A stretch of 64,000 nt of DNA from an uncultured Candidatus Rokubacteria bacterium (GCA_963708025.1 CAVPSB010000016.1:192001-256000), one strand, 5' to 3'. Numbered from the stretch's first letter, positions 19,648 to 31,819 are shown. Notes: generated by a model not told the origin, from the letters alone. Numbers and translations are program-made.

Positions 19648-19950
19648 TCAGTCGGTCAGCGCCCGGTACAGGTCGATCTCGGTCGGCTTCGCCACTAGCT
19701 CCCGCATCCGGCCGCGGAAGCCCGCCAGGTGGGGCGCCGTCTTGTGGAACTCGAAGGCGGCCTCGGAGCGGTACTGCTCGTAGAAGAGGAAGACCGCCGG
19801 CTCCTTCTCCAGCCGATGCGGGCGGTAGACGATGCATTCCGGCTCCGCCTTCCTCACCGCCTCGGCCATCTGAACCAGGATGGCCTCGACCTCGTCTTCC
19901 TTGCCGGCCTTCGGGTAGATCTTCGCCACCACGGTCAGCGCTCCCGCCAT
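19648..19950 (-). CDS. Antibiotic-biosynthesis monooxygenase (ABM) family protein
   Basis: AEPECIVY...FYEQY..EAAFEFH. Confidence 0.85.
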   Translation of the reverse strand: MAGALTVVAKIYPKAGKEDEVEAILVQMAEAVRKAEPECIVYRPHRLEKEPAVFLFYEQYRSEAAFEFHKTAPHLAGFRGRMRELVAKPTEIDLYRALTD

Positions 19951-20039
19951 TTCAGCCCCTTTCACGTCAGAGCAGTACGACGCGATGCGACGCTCATCGG
20001 CTCCTGTTTGAATCCTCGAAGGGCAACAGTTGCAAGCTC

Positions 20040-20200
20040 CCGGGGGCGGGGCCGAGGAGCGAGCAGCGCTAGGACGCAGGGAGGAGCCGACCGCAGGCGT
20101 ACTCCGAGTACGCCGAGGATCGGCTCCGACCGAGGACGACCATAGGTCGGGACGGACGCCCCCACGCCGAAGGCCGTCCGATCGACGTAGGCCGAGCGCG
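20040..20200. repeat. Intergenic palindromic REP/MITE-like element
   Basis: Nested hairpin GGAGCCGA..GGCGTACTC/GAGTACGCC..TCGGCTCC; shares GACGGCCTTCGGC with the REP-like family. Confidence 0.55.
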
Positions 20201-20244
20201 TCCCGACCGAGATCGACGTTGCGAAGCTCATCGGCCCCGCCCCC

Positions 20245-20986
20245 TTAGTAGGTGGCGCGGCCGCCGGAGAGGTCGTACACCGCGCCCGTCGAGAACGAGC
20301 ACTCGTCGGAGGCCAGCCAGGCGACCAGCGCGGCCACCTCCTCGGGACGGCCGACGCGCCCCATGGGGATCTTGGAAACGAGCAGGTCCACCGTGCTCTT
20401 CTCCATCTGCTGGAGGATCTCGGTCTCGATCACGGCCGGCGCCACCGCGTTGACCAGGATGCCGCGGGTGGCGACCTCCTTGGCGAGCGCCTTGGTGAGG
20501 CCGATGACGCCGGCCTTGGCGCTCGAGTACGGCACCAGGGTCGGGTTCCCCTCCTTGCCGGCGATCGAGGCGATGTTCACGATCCGCCCGCCGCCCTGCC
20601 CCAGCATCACCCTGATCGCCGCCCGGCAGCAGCGGAAGACGCTGGTGAGGTCCACCGCGATCACGCGGTCCCAGTCCTCGTCGGCCAGCTCCCAGATCGG
20701 GAAAGAGCGGCCGGTGATCCCGGCGTTGTTGACGAGGACGTCGAGGCGGCCCCACCGCTCGACCACCGACCGCACGGCGCCGTCGACCTCGGCGGTTTGG
20801 GTCACGTCGGCGGTCAGGGCGACGGCCTCGCCACCGACCCGCCGGGCCGCCGCCTCGACCCCGGCCTCGTCGACGTCCAGCAGCGCGACCCGGGCGCCGC
20901 CGGCGGCCAGGCGCGTGGCGATGGCGAGCCCGATGCCGCGGGCGGCCCCAGTCACCAGCGCCGTCCTCGGGCCCGGCGACCCCCCG

Positions 20987-20994
<8 letters not shown>
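20245..20994 (-). CDS. SDR family oxidoreductase
   Basis: TGAARGIG, NNAG, YSSAK. Confidence 0.92.
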
Positions 20995-21748
<754 letters not shown>

Positions 21749-21988
21749 AACGCATCCGCGTACCCCGAGCGACACGGAGCGGCGCCCCCGAGGACTCTGG
21801 CGGTCCACAGCCGCGTCGGGGACCGGATCGAGTGCGGACCCGCCGAGTGTCGGAGCCGGCCCGGGCGACTCAGCGGCCCTCGCCGGGAGTCTGCTTGCCG
21901 GCACCAACCGCGATCCCGAGGCCTGCACGGTACAGGAGGGTCCGGCGGTTTGCCTTCCCGCGCGCGGCGCTGCTACAATGCCGCGGCC

Positions 21989-22564
21989 ATGGCTCCAGCC
22001 ACCGATCCGGCGCCGCTCACCCCCGGGGACCTGGTCGAGGACGCGGCCCGCGACCTCGCGCGTCAGTCCTACGCCCCCCGGCCGCCCATCGCCGGCGTCA
22101 CTCTGGGGGAGGTGCCCGTCTTCCGGAGCCCCGACGGGCTCTTCGCCGAGGTCGTGCGCCTGGATCCCGAGCGCCAGGTCGAGGGAGTGGCGGGGTTTCG
22201 CCCCGTCCAGTGGAACTGGAGCCTGCTCGAGCCCGGCGCCGTGAAGGCCTGGCACCTCCACCTCGACCAGGAGGACCTCTGGATCGTCCCGCCCGACTCG
22301 GCGCTGCTCGTGGGCCTCGTGGACCTCCGGCGCCGCTCCCCGACGGCCTCGACGGTTCAGCGCCTCGCGCTGGGCGGGGGGCGCTGTCACCGGCTGCTGA
22401 TCCCCCGCGGCGTCGCCCACGGGGTGGCCAACCTGGGAACGCGGCCCCAGGCGATGCTCTACGCGGTGAACCGGTTCTTCTCGGCGGATCCCGAGCAGAC
22501 CGACGAGTGGCGGCTCCCCTGGGACCGGTTCGGGGCGAGCTTCTGGGAGATGGGGCGAGGATAG
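21989..22564 (+). CDS. dTDP-4-dehydrorhamnose 3,5-epimerase-like cupin
   Basis: VKAWHLH, LLIPRGVAHG. Confidence 0.8.
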   Translation: MAPATDPAPLTPGDLVEDAARDLARQSYAPRPPIAGVTLGEVPVFRSPDGLFAEVVRLDPERQVEGVAGFRPVQWNWSLLEPGAVKAWHLHLDQEDLWIVPPDSALLVGLVDLRRRSPTASTVQRLALGGGRCHRLLIPRGVAHGVANLGTRPQAMLYAVNRFFSADPEQTDEWRLPWDRFGASFWEMGRG

Positions 22565-25000
22565 CTATCGCGCCGCCACCGGCGACCCGAGGAGCGGCCG
22601 GGGGGCGGCGAGGCGGAAGACCCGGACCGGCTGCTCGACGTTCCGGAGCGCCTGCTCCCCCAGGTCCTCGCAGGCGAACTCGTTGCCCAGCCGGCTTCGG
22701 GTCTCGGGACCGAGCATGATCGTGTCCGGCTCCCCGAGGGCGGCCAGTCGCGCCGCCACGTTCGTCACCGATCCCGACGCCGTGTAGACCCAGCGCGTTC
22801 CGGCCATGCCCTCGATCTTCGTCGCCCCGACCGTGGCCACCCCGGAGTTGACGCCGATGTGGAGCGCGATGGGCTCGGGGAGGTCCCTGAGCTTGGCGTT
22901 GATCTCGTGCGTTCGCCGGACGATCCCCAGCGCCGCCTTCACCGCGGCCCGGGCGTGGCGGCGAGGGTCGACGTCCTGGAAGATCACCATGAGGCCGTCC
23001 CCGGCCGTCTCGTTCACGTCGCCCCCCCGCTTGAGCACCTCGTCCAGGAACGAGCCGAAGTAACGCTCCACCAGGCGGTTGACCTGGTCTCCGTCCAGGC
23101 GCTCGCTGAGCCGCGTGTAGCCCACGATGTCCACGAACAGGACCGAGACGTCCGTCTCGCGCTTGGCCAGCTCCGGGGCCTCCGGCGCCTGCTCGATCAG
23201 CGTCTGGACGGTCCGGGGCACGAACTTGGAGAGGTTCGACCGGATGCTCTCCAGGAGCTCCACCCGCCGCAGCGCCACCTTCAGCTCGGTGTTGACCGCC
23301 TCCAGCGTCGTGTAGGCCCGGGCGTTCTCCAAGGCGACGGCGCTCTGGTTCACCAGCACGCGGAGAAGCCGGAGGTCTTCCGTCGAGTAGGCCGCCCCCG
23401 ACCGCTTCGGGCCCAGGGCCAGGAAGCCGGTCACCCGGTCGTGGAAGACGACGGGCGCGACCAGCTCCGCACCCAGGGCCCCCATCTCGGGCAGACAGGC
23501 GTCCCGGAACTCCCGCAGCCGCGGATCCTCCTCCAGCTGCTCGCGCGTCACCGGCGCCCGGACGCGGGCGAGGCACCGCGGGAGCGGCCCCTCGGCCGGC
23601 ATCGGCGCCCCGGCCTCGACGTCGTCCTGCCCGGTCAGCACGTAGCCTCCACTCGCGTCGTGGTACAGAGCCAGGGCCTGGCGGGTCGGGTGGAGCAGGC
23701 GCTCGATCGTCTCGTGGATCAGGGCCACGATGCGCTGGAGGTCGAGTAGGCTCGTCATGGTCTCGGCGACCTGCTCCAGCGACTGCTGGATGTCGAAGCG
23801 CTCGCGGAAGAACAGACGGTCGATCACCTTCTGCGTCCGCACGTAGACGGGGTTCAGCAAGGCGACGACGGCCACGGCGACCACCCCGGCCGCCAGGAGC
23901 GGCGAGGAGGCGACGTCCAGCGTCGCGAAGGTCAGGTCGAGCAGGACGATGGCGCCGGCGTAGGCCGCCACCACCAGACCGGTGACGACCGAGTAGATGG
24001 TGCCGAGGCGGATGGCCGCCCGCACGTCGAAGAGGTTGTAGCGAACCATCGCGTAGGCGACCGCCACCGGGAACACGAAGTTGAGCTTCCACAGCTCGTT
24101 GAGGAACGGGACCGGAACCCGGAACACCGCCTCGATCGCGGTGCCGAGCACCCCCGGCAGATCCCCCACCGCGAAGCCGGCGCCGAGGACCCGCGCCCGC
24201 TGGCGAACCAGCGGGGTGGCACCCGCCACGGCGGTCCGCGCCAGCCCCGCGAGGACCAGCATCAGCGCCAGCCCCCAGTAGGCGGCGCCCACACCGGGCA
24301 GCACCACGTACTGGATCGGATGCAGGCGGACCTGCAGCAGAACCGCGAGCAGGGCGGAGATGAGGTAGGGCAGCCAGACGAGGCGGGGGTAGCGGCGAAC
24401 GATGGTGCGCCGCTGGGGGAACGTGAGCGCCAGGTGGGCGTAGATCGCGGGGGAGAACGCCCAGGCGGTCATGAACAGCGCCGTGAACCGGTAGGTCGTG
24501 TGGGCGTCGGCGTAGGTGACGTCGATGAGGAACCAGCCGAGGCAGAACGCGAGGAAGAGCCAGCTCCGCCAGACGCCCGGCTGCAAGTAGAAGACGAGCG
24601 CGCCCAGGGCGACGTAGAGCAGCCCGGCGAGCAGCCCCTCGACCAGGAAGCGCTTGAAGTCGCGGTGGGAGTACGCGCGGCTCGCGACGTCGGCCTCGAC
24701 CAGCGTGCCGCGGCGGTTGAGGAGGTAGTGGAACTTCGTCCCCACCGGGTGCCGCGCGACCTCGGCCTGGAGCTCCCGGCCGGAGGTGAGGAACTGCCCG
24801 TTGACCGCCCGGACCCAGTCGAACGGCTCGAGCCCGCCCCGCTCGGCGCCGCCGACGGCGACCAGGAGGTTCTCCATCACCATGAAGCCGGTGAAGGGCC
24901 GCCCCAGGCTCTGGTAGCGGTCGAGCGTCACCTGGCCGCCCACGAGGAGGACCAGGCTGATCAGGGCCCCGGCCAGGATCTTCCCGCGCATGGTCACCAT
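22565..25000 (-). CDS. Membrane adenylate/guanylate cyclase (PDZ-like, multi-TM, GAF, class III cyclase)
   Basis: VLFVDIVGYT, AGDGLM, VTNVAARL; GAF-like ALENARAY. Confidence 0.88.
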   Translation of the reverse strand: MVTMRGKILAGALISLVLLVGGQVTLDRYQSLGRPFTGFMVMENLLVAVGGAERGGLEPFDWVRAVNGQFLTSGRELQAEVARHPVGTKFHYLLNRRGTLVEADVASRAYSHRDFKRFLVEGLLAGLLYVALGALVFYLQPGVWRSWLFLAFCLGWFLIDVTYADAHTTYRFTALFMTAWAFSPAIYAHLALTFPQRRTIVRRYPRLVWLPYLISALLAVLLQVRLHPIQYVVLPGVGAAYWGLALMLVLAGLARTAVAGATPLVRQRARVLGAGFAVGDLPGVLGTAIEAVFRVPVPFLNELWKLNFVFPVAVAYAMVRYNLFDVRAAIRLGTIYSVVTGLVVAAYAGAIVLLDLTFATLDVASSPLLAAGVVAVAVVALLNPVYVRTQKVIDRLFFRERFDIQQSLEQVAETMTSLLDLQRIVALIHETIERLLHPTRQALALYHDASGGYVLTGQDDVEAGAPMPAEGPLPRCLARVRAPVTREQLEEDPRLREFRDACLPEMGALGAELVAPVVFHDRVTGFLALGPKRSGAAYSTEDLRLLRVLVNQSAVALENARAYTTLEAVNTELKVALRRVELLESIRSNLSKFVPRTVQTLIEQAPEAPELAKRETDVSVLFVDIVGYTRLSERLDGDQVNRLVERYFGSFLDEVLKRGGDVNETAGDGLMVIFQDVDPRRHARAAVKAALGIVRRTHEINAKLRDLPEPIALHIGVNSGVATVGATKIEGMAGTRWVYTASGSVTNVAARLAALGEPDTIMLGPETRSRLGNEFACEDLGEQALRNVEQPVRVFRLAAPRPLLGSPVAAR

Positions 25001-25080
25001 TCTAAGGCCTCGTTCCGGACGTTTCCTGCTATCGTCTTCCCGGGCTCCGGTCCGACCACGCACGCGGAGGGGCGACACTC

Positions 25081-26013
25081 ATGACGATGGAGGGCGCGGT
25101 GAAGTTCGCAGTGGCCATCCCCCAGGCGTTCAGCCGGCCGCACGTGGACGTCCTCGGCCTCCAGACCTTCCTGGGGCGGGCCGAGGCGCTCGGGTACGAC
25201 TCGGTCTGGACTCAGGAGCAGATCCTCGGCATCGCCGGGACGCTGGAGCCGGTCACGCTGCTGGCGTACGCCGCCGCGCTGACGCGACGGGTCCGGCTGG
25301 GGGTCGCGGTGCTCATCACGCCGCTCCGGAGCCCGGTCCAGCTCGCCAAGAGCCTCGGCAGCGTGGACCAGCTCAGCGGCGGCCGCCTGATCGTCGGCGT
25401 GGGCCTCGGTGGCCGGACGAACGTCTACCCGGCCTTCGGCATCTCGGCGGAGCGCCGCGTCCGGCGGTTCGCCGAGGGCATCGAGGTGATGAAGCGGCTC
25501 TGGACCGAGGAGCGGGTGACCTTCAAGGGCGACTTCTGGACGCTGGACGACGCTCCCATGGCGCCGAAGCCGGTCCAGAAGCCCCATCCCCCGATCTGGT
25601 TCGGCGCCCGGCACCCCGACGCCCTCCGCCGGGCGGTGGCGCTCGGCAACGGCTTCATCGGGGCGGGGTCGTCGTCCACCGCTGACTTCACACAGCAGGT
25701 CGCGCTGATCCGGCAGTACCTGGCCGAGGGAAAGCGCGACCCGGCCAGCTTCGCCCTGGCGAAGCGCGTCTACCTGGCCGTCGACCCCGACAAGGCCCGC
25801 GCGATGGCGCGCCTCCGTGACTGGTTCGGCTGGTTCTACAGGAACGAGGAAATGGCGCACGAGGTCGCGATCGCGGGGAGCGCCGAGGAGTGCGCCGCCG
25901 GGCTCCGCGAGATCCGGGCGGCCGGCGCCGAGCTGCTCCTGCTGAACTTCACCTCCGACGACCTCGCGAACGCGGAGCTGGCCATGCGCGAGATCGTCCC
26001 CAGGATCGTGTAA
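25081..26013 (+). CDS. LLM-class flavin-dependent oxidoreductase
   Basis: AEALGYDSVW, DQLSGGRL, PKPVQKPHPPIW. Confidence 0.9.
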   Translation: MTMEGAVKFAVAIPQAFSRPHVDVLGLQTFLGRAEALGYDSVWTQEQILGIAGTLEPVTLLAYAAALTRRVRLGVAVLITPLRSPVQLAKSLGSVDQLSGGRLIVGVGLGGRTNVYPAFGISAERRVRRFAEGIEVMKRLWTEERVTFKGDFWTLDDAPMAPKPVQKPHPPIWFGARHPDALRRAVALGNGFIGAGSSSTADFTQQVALIRQYLAEGKRDPASFALAKRVYLAVDPDKARAMARLRDWFGWFYRNEEMAHEVAIAGSAEECAAGLREIRAAGAELLLLNFTSDDLANAELAMREIVPRIV

Positions 26014-26043
26014 GACCGGCTGTAGCAATCGGCCCCTCCGGCA

Positions 26044-26102
26044 CCCCCCTCCCCCCAGTGGGTGGGGGAGGGGGGCTGGGGGGGTGGGCGGGAGGTCCCG
26101 AA
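26044..26102. repeat. REP-like palindromic repeat, copy 2 (inverted)
   Basis: 21-bp and 18-bp exact matches to copy 1. Confidence 0.75.
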
Positions 26103-26105
26103 TAA

Positions 26106-26486
26106 ATGAAGGCGTACGGGCTGACCATCCTACGAATCGTCGTCGGCGCGCTCTACCTGGTCCACGGCTACCGGCTCCTGGTCGTGACGACACCGGCCGG
26201 CGCCGGACGGTTCGCCGCGGCCACCTTCGGGCTTTCCCACCCCGGCTTGATGGGCTGGGTCCTGATCGCCGTCTACGGGCTGGGGGGCCTGATGCTGCTG
26301 GTGGGCGTGCTGACCCGGGGCGCCGCCGCCGTCACCGCGCTGGTCTCGGCGGTCACGCTCGTCCGGGTCCAGCTCCCCCAGGGTGTCCTCTCGTCGAGCT
26401 TCGAGCACGCCCTCCTGCTCACGGTGGCGACGGTCACCCTCCTGATGCTCGGCTCCGGCCCCCTGGCCCTGCGTCCCTCGAAATAG
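26106..26486 (+). CDS. DoxX family membrane protein
   Basis: LTILRIVVG..HG, GVLTR, GSGPLAL. Confidence 0.8.
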   Translation: MKAYGLTILRIVVGALYLVHGYRLLVVTTPAGAGRFAAATFGLSHPGLMGWVLIAVYGLGGLMLLVGVLTRGAAAVTALVSAVTLVRVQLPQGVLSSSFEHALLLTVATVTLLMLGSGPLALRPSK

Positions 26487-26487
26487 G

Positions 26488-27478
26488 TCAGCGGAACGCG
26501 GGGAAGACCTCGCGGCTCAGCAGCTCCAGCTCTCGCAGGATGTGGGCGTGGGGCATCCCCGGGAAGTAGAGCCGGAAGATCAGGTGGTCGGTGCCGTAGG
26601 CCTCGACGAAGCGGCGGATCTGGGCGACGCAGCGCTCGGGGCCCCCGACCACGAAGCGGTCGGCCCCGATGGCGTCCAGCCGGTCGACCGGCGTCCGGTC
26701 CTCGGCGCCGATGAGCGGGTGCTTCCACTTCCCGCCCCCGTACTCGTCCCGGTAGTTGACCAGCAGGTGCCGCTCCGCTAGCTCGATGGCGCGGGCATCC
26801 GTGTCGGCGATGACCGTGTCCCGGGTGAGGGGCCAGGTCACCGGAGCGGGGCGCCCCGCCGCCGCCAGCTCGCGCTGGTAGGCCTGCTTGGCGTCCAGCA
26901 GCTTCGCGAGGTTCGCGGTCGGCCCGGGCACCCACGCATCGCCCAGCCGGGCCGCCCGGCGCAGCGACAGCTCGCCCCAGCCGCCGATCCAGATCGGCGG
27001 GTGAGGCTTCTGGACCGGCTTGGGCTCGATGCGCGCGTTCTCGAGCGGGTAGTGGGGCCCGGGGTGACTGACGCCATCGCGGGTCCACAGCGCGCGGATC
27101 ACCTCCAGCGCCTCCGCGAAGCGCTTCCCGCGGCCCTCGAGGGCCGTCCGGTAGAGGGCGAACTCGTCCGGCTTGTAGCCGATGGCGACGCCGAAGACGA
27201 CCCGGCCGCCGGACATGACGTCGAGGACCGCCGTGTCCTCGGCCGCCCGGACCGGGTCGTAGAAGGGCAGCACGGCGATGTCCGTGCCGAGCTGGACCCG
27301 CGAGGTCCGGGTCGCAAAGCCGGCGAGCACGACGAGCGGCGAGGGCCAGTAGTGGTCGCGGACGCCGTGGTGCTCCTCCATCCAGACCGAGTCGAAGCCG
27401 AGGGCCTCGCCGCGCTCCACCTCGGCCAGCGCCTCGCGGTAGAAGCCGCCCCCTTCGGTAGGGATGAACCCGAACCTC
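26488..27478 (-). CDS. LLM-class oxidoreductase, apparent start codon lost
   Basis: RFGFIPTEGG...GFDSVWMEEHH, PKPVQKPHPPIW; no start codon before the terC-fragment junction. Confidence 0.8.
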
Positions 27479-27484
27479 GCGCAG

Positions 27485-27970
27485 GCGGTCGGGTTCCGGG
27501 AGGCAGCGGCGGCGACGGCCGGGTGGGTCAGCCTCGCGCTGGCCTTCGACGTCGCGCTCTACTTCTACGCGCGGTGGACCTTCGCCCGCGATCCGCGGCT
27601 GGCCGGGGTCCCGGGATTCGACCCGGACGCCGCGGCCTGGCAGATGGCGCTCGAGTTCCTCACCGGCTACGTGGTCGAGTACTCCCTGTCCGTGGACAAC
27701 ATCTTCGTGTTCGTCCTCGTCCTCGGGTACTTCGCGGTGCCGGCGCGGCATCAGCGCCGCGTGCTCTTCTTCGGGATCCTCGGCGCGCTCGTGTTCCGGG
27801 CGGCGTTCGTCGCGCTGGGATCGGTCCTCATGCAGTTCCACTGGGTCATCCTGGATCTTCGGGGCGTTCCTAATCCTGACCGGCGTGAAGCTCGCGTTCT
27901 CCGAGAGCACCATCGAGCCCGAGCGCAACCTGCTCCTGCGGCTGCTGCGGCGCGTGATGCCGATGACGGC
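27485..27970 (+). pseudogene. TerC/Alx family fragment
   Basis: EFLTGYVVEYSLSVDNIFVF, RVLFFGILGALVFR; frameshifted and truncated at both ends. Confidence 0.8.
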
Positions 27971-28027
27971 GGGCTTTCGCGGATGCCCGGCCCCCCTTTC
28001 CCTCCCTCTCTCCCAAGGGGAGGAGGG

Positions 28028-28236
28028 AACAGAAGTTCCACACGGCGACCCGTGGCCACCGACAATCGGGCCGGCGAGTGGAGGTGTGCTTCGTCGATGG
28101 TGAGCGGCTGATCGGCTACGCGCTGGGGTACGACTCCCGGCGCCCGGGCTTCTTCCTCTTCCCGGCCGATCCGCGGAGCAACAACCTCAGGATCTTCGTC
28201 GTCTCGGGCGCCGTCGCCGCCGTGCGGTATCTGTAG
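28028..28236 (+). pseudogene. C-terminal fragment of a small conserved protein (DUF6982-like)
   Basis: GRRVEVCFVDGERLIGYALGYDSRRPGFFLFPADPRSNNLRIFVV, missed by the ORF track; begins right after a palindromic repeat. Confidence 0.55.
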
Positions 28237-28274
28237 CTCGTCAGGACCGGACCGCTCCGCTCCTTCGTCCTGCC

Positions 28275-29522
28275 TCACGGGCGCGGCCAGACCACCTGGC
28301 CCGCCTTCACCACGGTCTGGACGTGGTTCACGCCGTAGAGGTACGGGAGGTGGTAGTAGTTCGGGATGTCGAGCACGGTCAGGTCGCACCAGCGCTCCGG
28401 CGTCAGCTGGCCGATCTGGCCCTGGAGGCCGAGGGCGCAGGCGCCGCCGACGGTCGCGGCCCGGATCGCCTCCTCCACCGTCATCCGCATCTGGGTGCAG
28501 GCCAGCGTGATCATGAGCTGCATGTTCGGCGTGTAGGACGACCCCGGGTTGAAGTCGGTGGCGAGCGCCACCCGGACGCCGGCCTCGAGAAAGGCGCGGG
28601 CCGGGGCGTAGGGCAGCCCGAGGAAGAAGGCGGTGCCGGGCAGGAGCGTGGCGGTGACGTCCGCCGCCTTCATGGCGCGGGCGTCCTCCGGGGTCGCGTG
28701 GAGCAGGTGGTCGGCCGACAAGGCGTGGAGCTCCGCCGCCAGGGCGGCGCCGCCGGAGCGGGAGAACTCGTCGGCGTGGAGCTTCGCCCGGAGGCCGTGC
28801 TCGGCGCCGGCCGTCAGGATGCGCCGCGACTGCTCGACCGAGAACACGCCGGCCTCGCAGAAGACGTCGCAGTACTCGGCCAGCCGCTTGTCCGCCACCA
28901 TCGGGAGCATCTCGTTCACGACGAGGTCCACGTAGCCCTCGGTGTTCCCCCGGAACTCGGGCGGCACCTCGTGGGCGCCGCAGAAGGTCGCGTGGACCTC
29001 GACCGGGTGGGGATCGGCCAGGAGCCGGATCGCGTTGAGGATCTTGACCTCGTCGGCCGTGGTGAGGCCGTAGCCGGACTTGGCCTCCAGCGTCGTGGTG
29101 CCGTGCTGGAGCACGAGGTCGAGCCGCCGCATCGCCACCGCCACCAGCTCGTCGGTCGCGGCCTCGCGGGTGGCCTCGACGGTGGAGAGGATGCCGCCGC
29201 CGGCGGCCGCGATCTCCTGGTAGCTGGCGCCGGCGATCCGGCGGGCGAACTCCTCCTCCCGGGATCCGGCGAAGATCAGGTGGGTGTGGGAGTCGACGAA
29301 GCCGGGCATCACCACCCGGCCGTGGGCATCGAGCTCCCGTCCGTCCTTCAGGAGCCAGACGTTCTTGTGGATCTTGGAGGTCTTGCCGACCCAGATGATC
29401 TTGCCGGCGTTGGCGGCCAGTGCGCCGCCCCGGATGACGCCGAGCGGACCCCGGTCCAGGTCGGGGTCGAGCGTGAGCAGCTCGCCCGCCCCGGTGAGGA
29501 TGAAGTCGGCGGGCTGGGTTAT
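28275..29522 (-). CDS. hutI: Imidazolonepropionase
   Basis: PGFVDSHTH, EAKSGYGL, LHADEF, ATDFNPG; start uncertain. Confidence 0.93.
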   Translation of the reverse strand: MTQPADFILTGAGELLTLDPDLDRGPLGVIRGGALAANAGKIIWVGKTSKIHKNVWLLKDGRELDAHGRVVMPGFVDSHTHLIFAGSREEEFARRIAGASYQEIAAAGGGILSTVEATREAATDELVAVAMRRLDLVLQHGTTTLEAKSGYGLTTADEVKILNAIRLLADPHPVEVHATFCGAHEVPPEFRGNTEGYVDLVVNEMLPMVADKRLAEYCDVFCEAGVFSVEQSRRILTAGAEHGLRAKLHADEFSRSGGAALAAELHALSADHLLHATPEDARAMKAADVTATLLPGTAFFLGLPYAPARAFLEAGVRVALATDFNPGSSYTPNMQLMITLACTQMRMTVEEAIRAATVGGACALGLQGQIGQLTPERWCDLTVLDIPNYYHLPYLYGVNHVQTVVKAGQVVWPRP

Positions 29523-29594
29523 TCGGGACCCCCCCCACCCCCGACCCCTCCCCACCAATGGGACGGCCTTCGGCCTTTGGCGGGGGGAGGGGGG
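29522..29594. repeat. REP-like palindromic repeat, copy 3
   Basis: TTCGGGACC...GACGGCCTTCGGCCTTTGGC...GGGGGAGGGGG. Confidence 0.7.
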
Positions 29595-29663
29595 CTGGCC
29601 CCTGCGACGTCGGCGCTGCCCGTCGCGCAGACCGATCGCGACTGTGGTTCGCTCAGGGCGGGC

Positions 29664-31327
29664 TCACTCGCCGGTCAGGCCGGGGATGTGGAGCCCGTGG
29701 CGGCGGGCGGCGGCCAGCGCCTCGGGATAGCCGGCGTCGGCGTGGCGGACGACGCCGGTGCCGGGATCCGTGGTCAGGACGCGCTCGAGCCGGGCCGCGG
29801 TCGCGGGGGTCCCGTCGGCCACCACGACCATCCCGGCGTGGAGCGAGTAGCCGATGCCGACCCCGCCCCCGTGGTGCACCGAGACCCAGTGGGCGCCGGC
29901 GACGGCGTTGAGCAGCGCGTTGAGGATGGGCCAGTCGGCGATGGCGTCCGAGCCGTCCCGCATCGCCTCGGTCTCGCGGTACGGGCGAGGCGACCGACCC
30001 GGCGTCGAGGTGGTCGCGCCCGATCACGATCGGGGCCTTCACGCGCCCCGAGGCCACCAGCTCGTTGAAGATCGCGCCGGCACGGGCCCGCTCCCCGTAC
30101 CCGAGCCAGCAGATCCGCGCCGGCAGCCCCTGGAAGGCCACCCGCTCGCGGGCCATGCGGAGCCAGCGCACGAGGTGCGGGTCGTCGGCGAACTCGGCCA
30201 GGAGCGCCGCGTCGGTGGCGGCGATGTCGGCCGGGTCCCCCGACAGGGCCACCCAGCGGAACGGCCCCTTGCCCTCGCAGAAGAGCGGGCGGATGAACGC
30301 GGGGACGAAGCCCGGGAAGCCGAAGGCGTCGCGGACGCCGGCCTGGTCGGCCTCGGTGCGGATGTTGTTCCCGTAGTCGAAGGCGACGGCGCCGGCCGCC
30401 TGCAGGTCGAGCATCGCCTGGACGTGGACCGCGACCGACTCCCGCGCCCGACGCAGGTACTCCTCGGGATCACCGGCGCGGAGGACGCGCGCCTCCGCCA
30501 CCGAGAGGCCGCGCGGGACGTACCCGGTGAGGAGGTCGTGGGCGGCCGTCTGGTCGGTCACGACGTCGGGGACGGTCCGCCGGCGCGCCAGCTCGGGATA
30601 GACGTCGGCCGCGTTGCCGAGGAGGCCGATCGAGCGCGCCTCGCCCTTCCGGCACGCCGCCTCCACCTCAGGCGAGCGCCTCGTCGAGGGTCTCGACCGC
30701 GGTGTCGAGGTAGCGGGTCTTGAGCCGCCGCTCGATCCGCTCGGGATCGACCTCCACGCACAGGGCCACGCCGTCGTTCAGCGTCACGGCCAGCGGCTGG
30801 GCCCCGCCCATCCCGCCGAGCCCGGCCGTCAGCACCCAGCGCCCGCGGAGCGAGCCGCCGAAGCGCTGCCGGGCGCAGGCGCCGAACGTCTCGTAGGTGC
30901 CCTGGAGGATGCCCTGGGTCCCGATGTAGATCCAGGAGCCGGCCGTCATCTGGCCGTACATCGTGAGCCCGAGCGCCTCGAGCCGCCGGAACTCCTCCCA
31001 CGTGGCCCAGGCGGGGACGAGGAGCGAGTTGGCGATGAGCACCCGGGGCGCCTCGGGGGTGGTGCGGAAGACGCCGACCGGCTTGCCCGACTGGACGAGC
31101 AGGGTCTCGTCGTCGCCGAGGGTCGTGAGACAGGCGACCAGGCGGTGGTAGGCCTCCCAGCTCCGGGCGGCCTTCCCCGAGCCGCCGTAGACGACGAGGT
31201 CCTCCGGCCGCTCGGCGACCTCCGGGTCGAGGTTGTTCATCAGCATCCGGAGGGCGGCCTCCTGGGGCCAGCTCCGACAAGTCAGGCGGGAGCCCCGGGG
31301 GGCCCGGATCGGCTCGCGCGTCGTCAT
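29664..31327 (-). CDS. hutU: Urocanate hydratase (two apparent frameshifts, ~30668 and ~29990)
   Basis: [35 protein letters not shown] across three frames. Confidence 0.93.
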
Positions 31328-31400
31328 GTCAGGACTCCTCACCCCGCTGCGCGCGACAGCGGCGTCGGACTGGTACGGCCGGGCGGCCGGCCAGTCACGG

Positions 31401-31727
31401 TCAGCGCTTGCGGCGCAGCCCCCCCCGGCCGTTCGTCGGGCGGGACGCGAGGCGCGAGATGAAGGTGTCCACCGGGATGGCCGCCATCGTCATCATCTGG
31501 ACCGAGCCGCGAGCGCCCAGCTCCATGGAGACCTTGGCCACCGTCTCGTTGTCCGGGGCTTCGAGGACCGTGACGAAGTCGTACGGGCCGAGGACGGCGT
31601 ACTGGGCGATGACCTTGACGCCCATCCGGCCGACCTCCGCGTTGACCTTGCGAATCGTGCCCGGGAGCTTCCGGATGACCTTCCGGCCGGTCTCGGAGAG
31701 CGTCGAGAGCATGATGTACGTCGCCAT
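31401..31727 (-). CDS. GYD domain protein
   Basis: [17 protein letters not shown]. Confidence 0.85.
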   Translation of the reverse strand: MATYIMLSTLSETGRKVIRKLPGTIRKVNAEVGRMGVKVIAQYAVLGPYDFVTVLEAPDNETVAKVSMELGARGSVQMMTMAAIPVDTFISRLASRPTNGRGGLRRKR

Positions 31728-31819
31728 CACCCACCCCCCTCTGTTCGACGGCGCTCATTATAGCACCGGGCGCCGCCGGCGCGGCGCCCGGTCGCGGCCC
31801 GGCGGCGTATACTGCGGGC

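Noticed and set aside
30660-30672. TGA in hutU as possible Sec or readthrough
   Set aside because: The frame also shifts here; removing one A gives TGG GTG GAG, so it is an indel
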